A stretch of DNA of 64,000 nt from Bacteroidetes bacterium GWF2_33_38 (GTDB taxonomy: Bacteria; Bacteroidota; Bacteroidia; Bacteroidales; GWF2-33-38), in the NCBI GenBank assembly GCA_001769505.1, contig MEOF01000046.1, positions 2,197 through 66,196 of the forward strand, read 5' to 3'. The notes under the pieces are model-generated. The model ran no database searches and was not told where the DNA came from. It worked only from the letters and a program-made list of their open reading frames with translations. Shown here piece by piece: positions 19,201 through 27,473 of the stretch. The first letter of the stretch is position 1; every line of letters starts with the position of its first letter. The translations under genes were made by a program, and so were the position numbers.

Positions 19201-20382
19201 TCGTTCATTATCTGTAATCCCATCGCCAAAGTATTGTCCGTTTACGCTTCCGTTTGTTATATCTCCAGCCGATACATAAATTTTTTCGCCGGTCAATGAA
19301 TCTATTCTATAACCACCCTCACAATCTAAATTTCCATTTGTATCCCAGCTCGATAAATCGTCGATTTGATTTGGGTCTTTAAGCGGACCTCGAATAAAAT
19401 CAATGCCTACAGCCGGAGGAAAAAAACCGTAAGAATTTATTTCTCCATATCCATCAGAACTATAACCATTAAAAAGGTAGCCTAGCCCTCTATTAACATC
19501 GCATCCAAGATAATCATCTGTATTATAGCCTAAGTCTGCATCTGTCCACATTCCTATATAAGTATTGCTCAGTGTATTTGCTGAGCGATTTATAATTTGA
19601 TAGTTGTAAAAAGTAGTGTTGTTAATATCTTCATCGATTGAACTATAAGCAAAAGCATGGGCTTGAAATTCAATACCCAGCGGGTTTCCATCAGTTTCGG
19701 TATGAACATTTCCCATATCGTTAAAAACATGCCATATGGCGACATCTCCATACAAGATATTATCGTTGCCGCATTCTGTTTCATCTAAATCGAAAAATGG
19801 ATAATCGCCATCGTTTGGATTATAAACATCGTCGTTGTTGTTGTCATAAAACGGAGCTAGAAATTGCGAATAATTATTTGCGATATCGCCATGAGCGGGC
19901 CATTCAATAATCGACTCAGGTATTTCGTAATTTTGATATTGTGTCATTTTTACGTATTCCGATGCATTGTACCATTGTTTAAAAATCTCAACATCTTTTC
20001 TATAAACCGTAAAAAACTTATCGTATTCGTGACAATTTTCTTTATTGGTATTGGCATCAGTAGTTTTGATAGGACCTGTCCAAAAGTCATATCCATCTTG
20101 TCGAAATCGTTGCCCTGCAATTCGTAACTGATTATTTTGGTCGATTCCTCCAATCCATATTGAGCCTGCAAATAAAGCATTTTTGCCTGAACCCTTTGGA
20201 ACTTCGTAATTAGCAGTACCTTGTAAGTCCCACCACATATCGCCACCACTGGTTATCAATGCTCTTACATTGTTTATCTCCAGAAAAGTTGTTGCGGTTG
20301 GGGGCAAACAATTCGAAGTAGTCTGTGAGGTTGCATTTATTGAAAATAAAACTGCTACAATCCATGCAATATAGTTTTTCAT
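16294..20382 (-). CDS. Large secreted protein (1362 aa) with a T9SS type-A C-terminal sorting domain; catalytic or functional domain not recognised
   Basis: Signal peptide MKNYIAWIVAVLFSINATSQ. The C-terminus reads LVIYPNPNNGNFTIAL...GIYLVQVNDGEKVFSAKVLVK. Confidence 0.85.
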   Translation of the reverse strand: MKNYIAWIVAVLFSINATSQTTSNCLPPTATTFLEINNVRALITSGGDMWWDLQGTANYEVPKGSGKNALFAGSIWIGGIDQNNQLRIAGQRFRQDGYDFWTGPIKTTDANTNKENCHEYDKFFTVYRKDVEIFKQWYNASEYVKMTQYQNYEIPESIIEWPAHGDIANNYSQFLAPFYDNNNDDVYNPNDGDYPFFDLDETECGNDNILYGDVAIWHVFNDMGNVHTETDGNPLGIEFQAHAFAYSSIDEDINNTTFYNYQIINRSANTLSNTYIGMWTDADLGYNTDDYLGCDVNRGLGYLFNGYSSDGYGEINSYGFFPPAVGIDFIRGPLKDPNQIDDLSSWDTNGNLDCEGGYRIDSLTGEKIYVSAGDITNGSVNGQYFGDGITDNERLGMTSFIYFSCGGCGPFGTSSPHNDIQHYNILKGNWITGEELLYGGNGYNTQWDGDIVTSFMFPSNSDPCGYGQNGTVMSAWDEYVEDNQANDRRFIQSSGPITIEPGEINNTTVAVIWARETQFSESWHSVPELKNADDKIQALFDNCFRVLEFPDAPELNLEANDQSISFTIWNRNASNNYMESYNQTDNLINCEGCDKTYKFQGYQVYQLVNKNVTIEEINDISKARLVYQTDIHDDIHEIINYEKLYDSTFSYIPNMRAIDKNEGIVKNFTLNTNAFSDNNAPLENHQTYYYMAIAYAYNNFKTFDLSDSTTYDGQRHSFLQSMFNTKVYEISPVPVGVSNNLLYHKEPAITQYDGFGCGYNFLDLTQESIDKIMSSPTWRADTLKYIPGRGPVNIKIIDPLNYIESEFILKLIPDSVRLEQDYFYYNSYWIQDSLNYDVFGYIFDSKWMIIDINNAVNEFDTLISSNWISENKLQVIPELGIAIDFNQTPYALAPQSWPKQPKASMYEPQNNGFISASIEFENPNEPWLKFLPDGEYHDFQDWIKAGVENYDGNVGFSDNCARLHNDRNVYAPYYPVPDGITPIDKNEIYENILSGTWAPYRLGNTYLHGITNSVNINQILSREKKISNVDIVITSDQSKWTRCPVVETTDNDTVMEVQSIGLTCVELDPDENSYSEGNALKFNLRNANSVGKDGLPDNSGTTGMSWFPGYAIDVETGERLNMIFGESSKLLGENGRDMRWNPTERITTDLYNSSDGLAGEVLMGGKHFIYVLGHNTRSKSNNIITDMPAYDEGEWARRMFTNDSATYVFMNAMWTAIPLIDTNYDFLSSDVKIKLRAVSPYRKKMGSQAYYPDSLAPNKNFPMYSFNTQDLNLSFEELSENKNPDKNTLVIYPNPNNGNFTIALDTLKSSHSTYKIYSIDGKLITSGKLYSKLKNIQLRTKGIYLVQVNDGEKVFSAKVLVK

Positions 20383-20390
20383 CGCAAAAA

Positions 20391-23300
20391 TTATTTAATT
20401 ACTATTTTTCGTGAAAATATGTTCTCATTATCAAGAATTTGTACAAAATAAATTCCTTTGTTTTCGAGTCGTATTGTTTGAGTATTGCTTTTTAATTCTC
20501 CGTGTGCAACTAATTGTCCAATAGAAGAATAAATTTTATAATTAGCATTTTCAGTCGTTTTGTTTTCCAATGAAATTGAGAATGTTCCGTTTGATGGATT
20601 TGGATAAATTGAAAAAGTACTCGATGAAAAATTATTTTCGATACCTGTTGGAACGTCAATAAAAACTGAATCGGTTTCTGTGCAAGAATTATCACCCGAA
20701 ACGGTAAGCCAAACCCAACCAAAATCATTAATTTGAACTGATTGTGATGTGCTTCCATCAAACCACAAATAACTTTCGTAGCCTAAACCGGCATCTAACA
20801 TATAGGGCAAATAAGTATGAATGGTATCCAAATCGAAAGGCATTTCGAAAGGAATTACTGTAGCTACAACCGGAATACGATTACTTACACAATCGAGTTC
20901 TTTTATTTTCCAATCGTAAAAATAGTAGTAGTAATCGTAAGGGGCAGTGCTGGCACTACTTTTAGTAATGCTCATTATCCCTGATAATTCGTAAGGAAAA
21001 CTAACTCCGGCAGAATTTCGATATAAATTCGGAGAATCTAAACCTACAAGTTGTAAATCGGTTCCTACTGGCACATCAATGTTTAACAAAACTTGACTTT
21101 CGCCGTCGGGGATATAAACATTTACCGATTGAATAATTTCCATTGCTGAGTTTCTCAATGCAATATTTCTCGTTCCTGCACCATCGGCATAGACTTTAAC
21201 CGATTGAAGTTTGAACGGAACATAAGCATCAAAAACAAGGTAGTGAATATAACTTGGATTTCCGAAATACGCTCCATCGCCTGTATTATCTAACTTCCCT
21301 GTACTTAATTGTTCAGCATAAATACCATTTTCAGCATAAAAAGTAGTTGTTTCGCTTACTTCGGGAGTAAATGTTACTCCTTCATATAGCATATTTCCCG
21401 AAGTTTGCTGGTCGTACCAACGAACAGTTTCGGGTCCCCAAGCAATCAGGTTTACGTAACCCGTTCCGCATCGTTCATCTTCAACAATAATAGGGTCGTC
21501 GGGTTTATTAACTGTAATAAAAGCACTTTTGGTAAGAGTATCTGCAGCCGATGCGTTTACTATGATTAATTGAACATCGAAAATACCGTTTGTTAAATAT
21601 GTATGCGTAGGATTTTGTTCGCTTGAAGTTTGTCCGTCGCCAAAATCCCAAAACCAAGCGATTGGTATATTCAATGATAAATCGGTAAATTGAATTATTC
21701 CATCACATGATTCTGTTGACGAAGCGTCGAATTGACAAATAGGAGGGTCGTTTGGATAAAAACAAGCCCAATTCATTTCAAAGCCATTTCCAATTACACC
21801 TGGATCGGTACTTTGAACCAAGGTTACAGCACCGGTTGAAGTAACTATGCTACCTCCGTTTGGCAACGAGCTTCCATCGTAAGTTCCAATTAGGGTTGAC
21901 GAAGTATTTGGTCCATCGTAAATGTATAAATAATCGTAACCCGATTCGAAATCAAAGGATTCAAAAGTTAACAATAACGACGAAGCATTTGTAGGAGCAA
22001 TGGTGTAGGTTATATATGTGTCGTTTTGATAAACATCATCTCCTCCCGAATCGAGCAGAGTTCCAGAACAAATGTTTGTGGTTCCGCTTCCGCTTAGCGG
22101 CATTATTTCGATACAAGGGTTCGATATATCGATGGAAATAAAATTTTCTTTTGTAACTGAATCTATTCCGCAAACGTCTCCATCGGCAATTAACAAGACG
22201 GTAAACGTTCCGAAATCGTTATATGTATGAGTCGGAGCAACTTCAGTAGAAGTAGTTCCATCGCCAAAATCCCAAGAAAAATTTAATCCATTAATGCTAT
22301 TATTGTTGAAATAAATGCTTGAAGGAGCATTGCAAAAATTAGTATAAGGAGCTTCAAAATCGGCCAATGTGAAAGGAACGTAAGCTTCGCCAACACCCAC
22401 TGCATATAGTGCATTGGTAATCGTTTCGACTTCTGAAGAGCAAGAGCCAAACAAATCAATAGCCGAGAGAATAGTGTAAAATCTTGCATCGGAATAATCT
22501 GAAGTATTAGTTAAATAAACGGTTTGAGTTCGAAAGGCAATTTGAGCTGCTTTTTCGATTCCAATACCTGAAATATTATAAGAATCGCCATTGTCATTTG
22601 TGCCAGAACCTCCAACAGAAGTCAAGTAAAACCAATGACAATAAACCATACCATTTGAATGAACTCCTCCATAATCGGAGCCATCAGAAACCCAATATTC
22701 ACCCAAATAAGTATCAGGATTTCCTTGGTCTTTTGGATTTTCGATGGAACGAAAAACAGAACCTATATCCTCGCCAATAAGCCAATTTGAATCAGCAGGT
22801 TTTGCGAAAAATTCAATGGCCGTTCCAAAAATATCGCTGAAAGCTTCATTCATTGCTCCCGATTCGTCTTGATAATCGAGATTGCAAGTATAACTTGTTA
22901 ACCCATGTGTGATTTCGTGTCCGCAAATATCGACAGTCGTTAGAGGAGTGATACTTCCACCACCATCACCATATGTCATTTTTTCGCCGTCCCAAAAAGC
23001 ATTAACATTTGAGGGATAACCATATTCAACCAAATCGAAATGAACATAACTCCTGAGTTTAAGTCCTGAATCGTCAATGCTATTACGTCCGTGATTTTGA
23101 TAATAATAGTCGTAGGTTTTTTCTGTAGCCCAATGTGCATCGGTTGCAACCTCATCGAACTCTGCATTTGTATTGTTCCAATTGTTATCGTCGTCGGTAA
23201 AATCAATAGCGGCTTCGTAATCAATACCCATTTGCATATTGTAGGTTTCGATTCCTTGACCTCTCGTGGTTTCGCGTAAAACGTAGCTACCATTTAAACT

Positions 23301-24029
23301 ATCGGTAATAATGGTTTGAATTCCGCTATATCGAGTAACTGCTTCACCTTCAATATTTGCTGAATGCAAAAGTTCCAATTGTTTGACAACTTTACCGGTC
23401 TGGGCATCGACAAAAATTGCTAATCTTTTTAAAGGTTTATGTGCGTAGATATTGAATTTGTAGGTGTAAATATATTGCTTTTCGTTTTCGGGATTGGGGA
23501 TTAAATAAGGTTCGGCAACTGGATAATAAGTAGCTTTATCGTTTTCGGTAAACTTTTTAATAAATCGTTCTTCGCTTTCTAAATCCCATTTATAAACATC
23601 AGCATTAACATATTCAATAGCTTTTTGCATGGCATTTTCGCTTGAAAACGATTGGGTATTTGAAATAAGATATTTTTTTTGAAAATTTCCGTTGAATGCA
23701 TAAATGTTATTATTTTGGGTATGTAAAATAAACATCCCATCGTGTAAAGGAATTCCTTCGATGGTTAAGACACATCTGCAATGTTTAATTGAGTTTTGGT
23801 CTTTTTGTTCTGAAATGATTTTGTACCCAATTTCTTCTGAAATCGAATAGTTTGTTTTAAGCCAATTAATAAAATTATCAGGGATTAACTTTGAGTCGTC
23901 AGAAAATTTAACATAATTGGGAATTTCAGAATTATTGATATTGCTTTTGCTTGCTATTTTAGCTTGTGAAAAGGCCGAATTTAAAAGCCCAAAAACCAGT
24001 AGTAATGAGGCGGTTGCTAATAATCTCAT
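20391..24029 (-). CDS. M4 (thermolysin-family) zinc metalloprotease with PKD and CUB-like domains and a T9SS type-A C-terminal domain
   Basis: Catalytic motifs HEITHG and ESGAMNEAFSDIFG. PKD motifs WDFGDGT occur twice. A CUB-like stretch YDYLYIYDGPNTSS is present. The C-terminal domain reads FSIYPNPSNGTFSISL...GIYFVQILD. Confidence 0.9.
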   Translation of the reverse strand: MRLLATASLLLVFGLLNSAFSQAKIASKSNINNSEIPNYVKFSDDSKLIPDNFINWLKTNYSISEEIGYKIISEQKDQNSIKHCRCVLTIEGIPLHDGMFILHTQNNNIYAFNGNFQKKYLISNTQSFSSENAMQKAIEYVNADVYKWDLESEERFIKKFTENDKATYYPVAEPYLIPNPENEKQYIYTYKFNIYAHKPLKRLAIFVDAQTGKVVKQLELLHSANIEGEAVTRYSGIQTIITDSLNGSYVLRETTRGQGIETYNMQMGIDYEAAIDFTDDDNNWNNTNAEFDEVATDAHWATEKTYDYYYQNHGRNSIDDSGLKLRSYVHFDLVEYGYPSNVNAFWDGEKMTYGDGGGSITPLTTVDICGHEITHGLTSYTCNLDYQDESGAMNEAFSDIFGTAIEFFAKPADSNWLIGEDIGSVFRSIENPKDQGNPDTYLGEYWVSDGSDYGGVHSNGMVYCHWFYLTSVGGSGTNDNGDSYNISGIGIEKAAQIAFRTQTVYLTNTSDYSDARFYTILSAIDLFGSCSSEVETITNALYAVGVGEAYVPFTLADFEAPYTNFCNAPSSIYFNNNSINGLNFSWDFGDGTTSTEVAPTHTYNDFGTFTVLLIADGDVCGIDSVTKENFISIDISNPCIEIMPLSGSGTTNICSGTLLDSGGDDVYQNDTYITYTIAPTNASSLLLTFESFDFESGYDYLYIYDGPNTSSTLIGTYDGSSLPNGGSIVTSTGAVTLVQSTDPGVIGNGFEMNWACFYPNDPPICQFDASSTESCDGIIQFTDLSLNIPIAWFWDFGDGQTSSEQNPTHTYLTNGIFDVQLIIVNASAADTLTKSAFITVNKPDDPIIVEDERCGTGYVNLIAWGPETVRWYDQQTSGNMLYEGVTFTPEVSETTTFYAENGIYAEQLSTGKLDNTGDGAYFGNPSYIHYLVFDAYVPFKLQSVKVYADGAGTRNIALRNSAMEIIQSVNVYIPDGESQVLLNIDVPVGTDLQLVGLDSPNLYRNSAGVSFPYELSGIMSITKSSASTAPYDYYYYFYDWKIKELDCVSNRIPVVATVIPFEMPFDLDTIHTYLPYMLDAGLGYESYLWFDGSTSQSVQINDFGWVWLTVSGDNSCTETDSVFIDVPTGIENNFSSSTFSIYPNPSNGTFSISLENKTTENANYKIYSSIGQLVAHGELKSNTQTIRLENKGIYFVQILDNENIFSRKIVIK

Positions 24030-24151
24030 AATAATGAATTTAAAGTGTATTGTAAACTTACTAAATCAAAAACGAACACACTTATATTTTCAATATTTTT
24101 TGAGCAGTCGCATATTATTTAGGTTTATTTTAAATAAGAAAGTAGATGAAC

Positions 24152-24177
24152 TTAGTTATGAGTTACAAGTAATGAGT
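24152..24177. repeat. GAGTTAC/AATGAGT-type repeat; 26 nt identical to 11447-11472, extended by degenerate units to about 24205
   Basis: The sequence is ttagttatgagttacaagtaatgagt, followed by aatgagcaatgagtaacaagttacgag. Confidence 0.85.
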
Positions 24178-24229
24178 AATGAGCAATGAGTAACAAGTTA
24201 CGAGTCTATATTTGAAAATTTTTATAAAA

Positions 24230-25312
24230 CTATCTAGAATATTTGTAATGTGCATGACAAGAGCCTTCGCTCGAAACCATACAAGCTCCAACAGGATTTA
24301 ATGGGGAACAAGCTTTTGCAAAAAGTTTACAATCTTTTGGCGATTTTAATCCTTTTAAAATTTCCCCACAAATACAACCTTTTTCTTCAATTGTTTTTTC
24401 AACTTCTACTACAAAATTTTCTTCTGCATCGAATGCTTTATATTTTTTGCTGATTTTTAGTCCGCTGTTTGCTAATATTCCTAATCCTCTCCACCAATCG
24501 TCGCGAAATTCGAAAACATCAGCCATAATTTCTTGTGCTTTTATGTTTCCTTCAGGTAAAACAGCTCGACTGTACTCGATTTCAACTTTAGGCGAATTGG
24601 TTTCAACTTGTTTGACCAACATATAAATCGATTTAAGAATATCGACTGGTTCAAATCCTGCAATTACACAAGCCAACTTATATTTTTCGGCAACATCGGT
24701 ATAAATTTTTGAACCGGTAATTGTACTTACATGTCCTGGAGCAATATATCCGCTAAGCTTAACACCTTCGTCAATCAAGGCAGCCATCGCCGGAGGCATT
24801 ATTTTGTGAGAACTGAAAACAAAAAAATTATGTAATTTTTCCGATGCTGCTTTTTGTATTCCTGCGGCTGTGGTCGGAGCTGTTGTTTCAAATCCAATTC
24901 CCAAAAATATAATTTTTTTTGATGGATTTTCTTTAGCTATTTTAATGGCATCGAGAATTGAATAAACAATTTTTACGTTTTTCCCGGCTGCTTTTTCTTT
25001 TTCGAGCGACGATGTCGAGCCAGGAACACGAATCAAATCACCAAAAGTTGTGATTATTACATCGTCAAGTCTCGCATAAGCGATTGATTGGTCAATAAAT
25101 TTTTTATCCGACACGCAAACCGGACAACCCGGTCCAGACAATAATTTTATATTTGAAGGCAACAACGATGGTATTCCAAATTTATGAATCGACATAGTAT
25201 GTCCACCGCATACTTCCATAAAAGCAACTTCTTTTTTCGATATTTCGTTAATTTGTTTTAGCAATTGTTTAACTAAATCTTTGCTTCGAAATTCATCAAT
25301 AAATTTTACCAT
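24230..25312 (-). CDS. hypD: [NiFe]-hydrogenase maturation protein HypD
   Basis: Motifs MEVCGGHT and GPGCPVCV plus a C-terminal Cys cluster (CICGEILKG...CSPLNPVGACMVSSEGSCHAHY); 360 aa. Confidence 0.9.
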   Translation of the reverse strand: MVKFIDEFRSKDLVKQLLKQINEISKKEVAFMEVCGGHTMSIHKFGIPSLLPSNIKLLSGPGCPVCVSDKKFIDQSIAYARLDDVIITTFGDLIRVPGSTSSLEKEKAAGKNVKIVYSILDAIKIAKENPSKKIIFLGIGFETTAPTTAAGIQKAASEKLHNFFVFSSHKIMPPAMAALIDEGVKLSGYIAPGHVSTITGSKIYTDVAEKYKLACVIAGFEPVDILKSIYMLVKQVETNSPKVEIEYSRAVLPEGNIKAQEIMADVFEFRDDWWRGLGILANSGLKISKKYKAFDAEENFVVEVEKTIEEKGCICGEILKGLKSPKDCKLFAKACSPLNPVGACMVSSEGSCHAHYKYSR

Positions 25313-25416
25313 CGCTAATAAATTTGAAAAACTTATATTTAAGTTTTAATTTGCAACGAAAATAAGTCTATTTTTTAAAAACTGAAAATTTATAAATAGG
25401 CTGTAAATCATTTAAA

Positions 25417-26823
25417 ATGGAAAGAGAAATTTTAAGTCAAAAAAATAAGGCACTCAAAATAAATTTAGATTCAACGACTTATGGCACTATTGCCGAAATT
25501 GGAGGCGGTCAGGAAGTTGCCAGAGCATTTTTTCAAGCAGGAGGGGCTTCGGGTACGGTGGCAAAAACTATCTCGGCATATGATAAAACTTTTAGCGATG
25601 CTATATACAATAACTACAAAAGTGGAAGGCATGTGTCGGAAAACAGATTGGATAAAATGCTTAAAAAAGAATATTCAGAACTTGTTCGAATATTAATTGT
25701 TGAAAGATGTTCAGATACTCGTTTTTTTGCTTTCGCCAATACGGTTGAAACCATTAATTATAATAAGTCGAATCAAGGTCATGGTTGGCTTGGAATAAAA
25801 TTTCAATTGAAAAGTTGTGGTGAACCAAACGAGGTTGTAATTCATGTTCGCTTACTCGAAAACGATAGTTTACTGCAACAATATACACTTGGAATTCTAG
25901 GCATAAATTTGATTTATGCATGTTTTTATCATTGGTATAATCCAAACGATTTTTTACAATCGCTGATGGATAATTTATCTCGCGACAGAGTTGAAATAAA
26001 TATGGCACGAATGTCAGGACCAGATCTTGATTATGTCGATAATCGATTACTAAGTGTACAGCTCGTAAAAAATGGAATGACGAATGTTGTGATTTTTGAT
26101 AGAAACGGCAAGGTAAAATCTGCTGCTGATATGCTTTATAAACAAAATGTATTGGTTTTTAGAGGAAGTTTTCGTCCAATTACTTATGTTGGATTCGATA
26201 TGTTAAAAACCTCGTACGCTCTTTTCAAAAAGGAGTTAGGAAACAACAAAGACAAATCGGTAGTTTTGTGCGAAATGACTTTAAATAATTTACTCGACAA
26301 AGGAGAATTCGACGAGCGAGATTTTCTCGACAGAGTAAATATTTTAAACGGAATGGGACAAAATGTGATGATTTCTGATTACAAAGAGTTTTATAAGTTA
26401 ATCTCTTATTTTTCGGAATTTAAGATTAAAGAACTCCGATTATTACTAGGAATTCCTGTGTTGAGAAAAGTATTCGACGAAAAATATTATGCAAATCTAA
26501 AAGGCGGAATTGTTGAAGCATTTGGTCGGTTATTTATTCAAAATTTGAAAATTTATGTTTATCCGGCACTTGACGTCGAAACCGATAAAATAAAAACCGT
26601 TGAAAAAATGGATATTCCTGAAAATATTCGATTTTTAGTTAAACATTTACTCGAAAATCAAAAAATATTAAATGTTCCAAATGTGAAAAAAGAACGCTTA
26701 CATATTACTTCTAAACAAGTATTGGCGAAAATAAAGGCAAAAGACAAAACGTGGGAAGACTTGGTACCTAAATATGTTTCGGATTTTATCAAAGAAAAAA
26801 AATTGTTTTGTTATGAATCATAG
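25417..26823 (+). CDS. Conserved hypothetical protein (468 aa)
   Basis: Long ORF with no signal peptide. The N-terminal motif IAEIGGGQEVARAFFQAGGASGTVAKTISAYD looks conserved, but I cannot name the family. Confidence 0.75.
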   Translation: MEREILSQKNKALKINLDSTTYGTIAEIGGGQEVARAFFQAGGASGTVAKTISAYDKTFSDAIYNNYKSGRHVSENRLDKMLKKEYSELVRILIVERCSDTRFFAFANTVETINYNKSNQGHGWLGIKFQLKSCGEPNEVVIHVRLLENDSLLQQYTLGILGINLIYACFYHWYNPNDFLQSLMDNLSRDRVEINMARMSGPDLDYVDNRLLSVQLVKNGMTNVVIFDRNGKVKSAADMLYKQNVLVFRGSFRPITYVGFDMLKTSYALFKKELGNNKDKSVVLCEMTLNNLLDKGEFDERDFLDRVNILNGMGQNVMISDYKEFYKLISYFSEFKIKELRLLLGIPVLRKVFDEKYYANLKGGIVEAFGRLFIQNLKIYVYPALDVETDKIKTVEKMDIPENIRFLVKHLLENQKILNVPNVKKERLHITSKQVLAKIKAKDKTWEDLVPKYVSDFIKEKKLFCYES

Positions 26824-26908
26824 ACAGATAAACTTGTTGCTGGAATATAATACATAAACACTCTTGTTTCTGAATTTTTATCGCCAATTCTCTATTCTAG
26901 TAAACACC

Positions 26909-27454
26909 TCATAAAGCCAAAGGTTCAAATGTTTCAAGAATTTTATAAATTAATTTTTCGTTTTGTTTCATAACATCGGGGGTTGCCCAAATATACAACA
27001 AGTAATGTTTCCCAGCTTCACTTGTTTTAAGTTGCCAAACTTCTTTTCCAAAATAGAAATCTTCTTCTTTTACATTCCATTTCGATACTTTTTTCTCGAA
27101 TTCTAGTTTTTCGGTTTTAATTGCATTTTCAGTTTTTGCATTTTCAATATCGAATTGCATTTTCCAAGCAAATAATCGCTTTTTTGCATTTAGAGAATCT
27201 AATGTTTGTGTTGGATAAATAATAATACTAATTTCATCATCCATCATTTGATTTCCAATGTTAATTATTCCAGAACATTTGCAAACCGAACCACCTACGG
27301 TTTCCCAATTTTCGTTTCCAAATGTATCAATTGACCAATTTTTTGGTATTGAATACTTAACGCCAAATATGGGTTGGTTTATTTCTCTCATTTTTTGAGC
27401 AAAACTTGTATAAAAAGTTATAATTATGCCGATTAGTAATATTGATTTTTTCAT
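26909..27454 (-). CDS. Secreted hypothetical protein
   Basis: 181-aa ORF with the signal peptide MKKSILLIGIIITFYTSFAQ. Confidence 0.6.
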   Translation of the reverse strand: MKKSILLIGIIITFYTSFAQKMREINQPIFGVKYSIPKNWSIDTFGNENWETVGGSVCKCSGIINIGNQMMDDEISIIIYPTQTLDSLNAKKRLFAWKMQFDIENAKTENAIKTEKLEFEKKVSKWNVKEEDFYFGKEVWQLKTSEAGKHYLLYIWATPDVMKQNEKLIYKILETFEPLAL

Positions 27455-27473
27455 CTGTTTGATTTTTTAGTTA

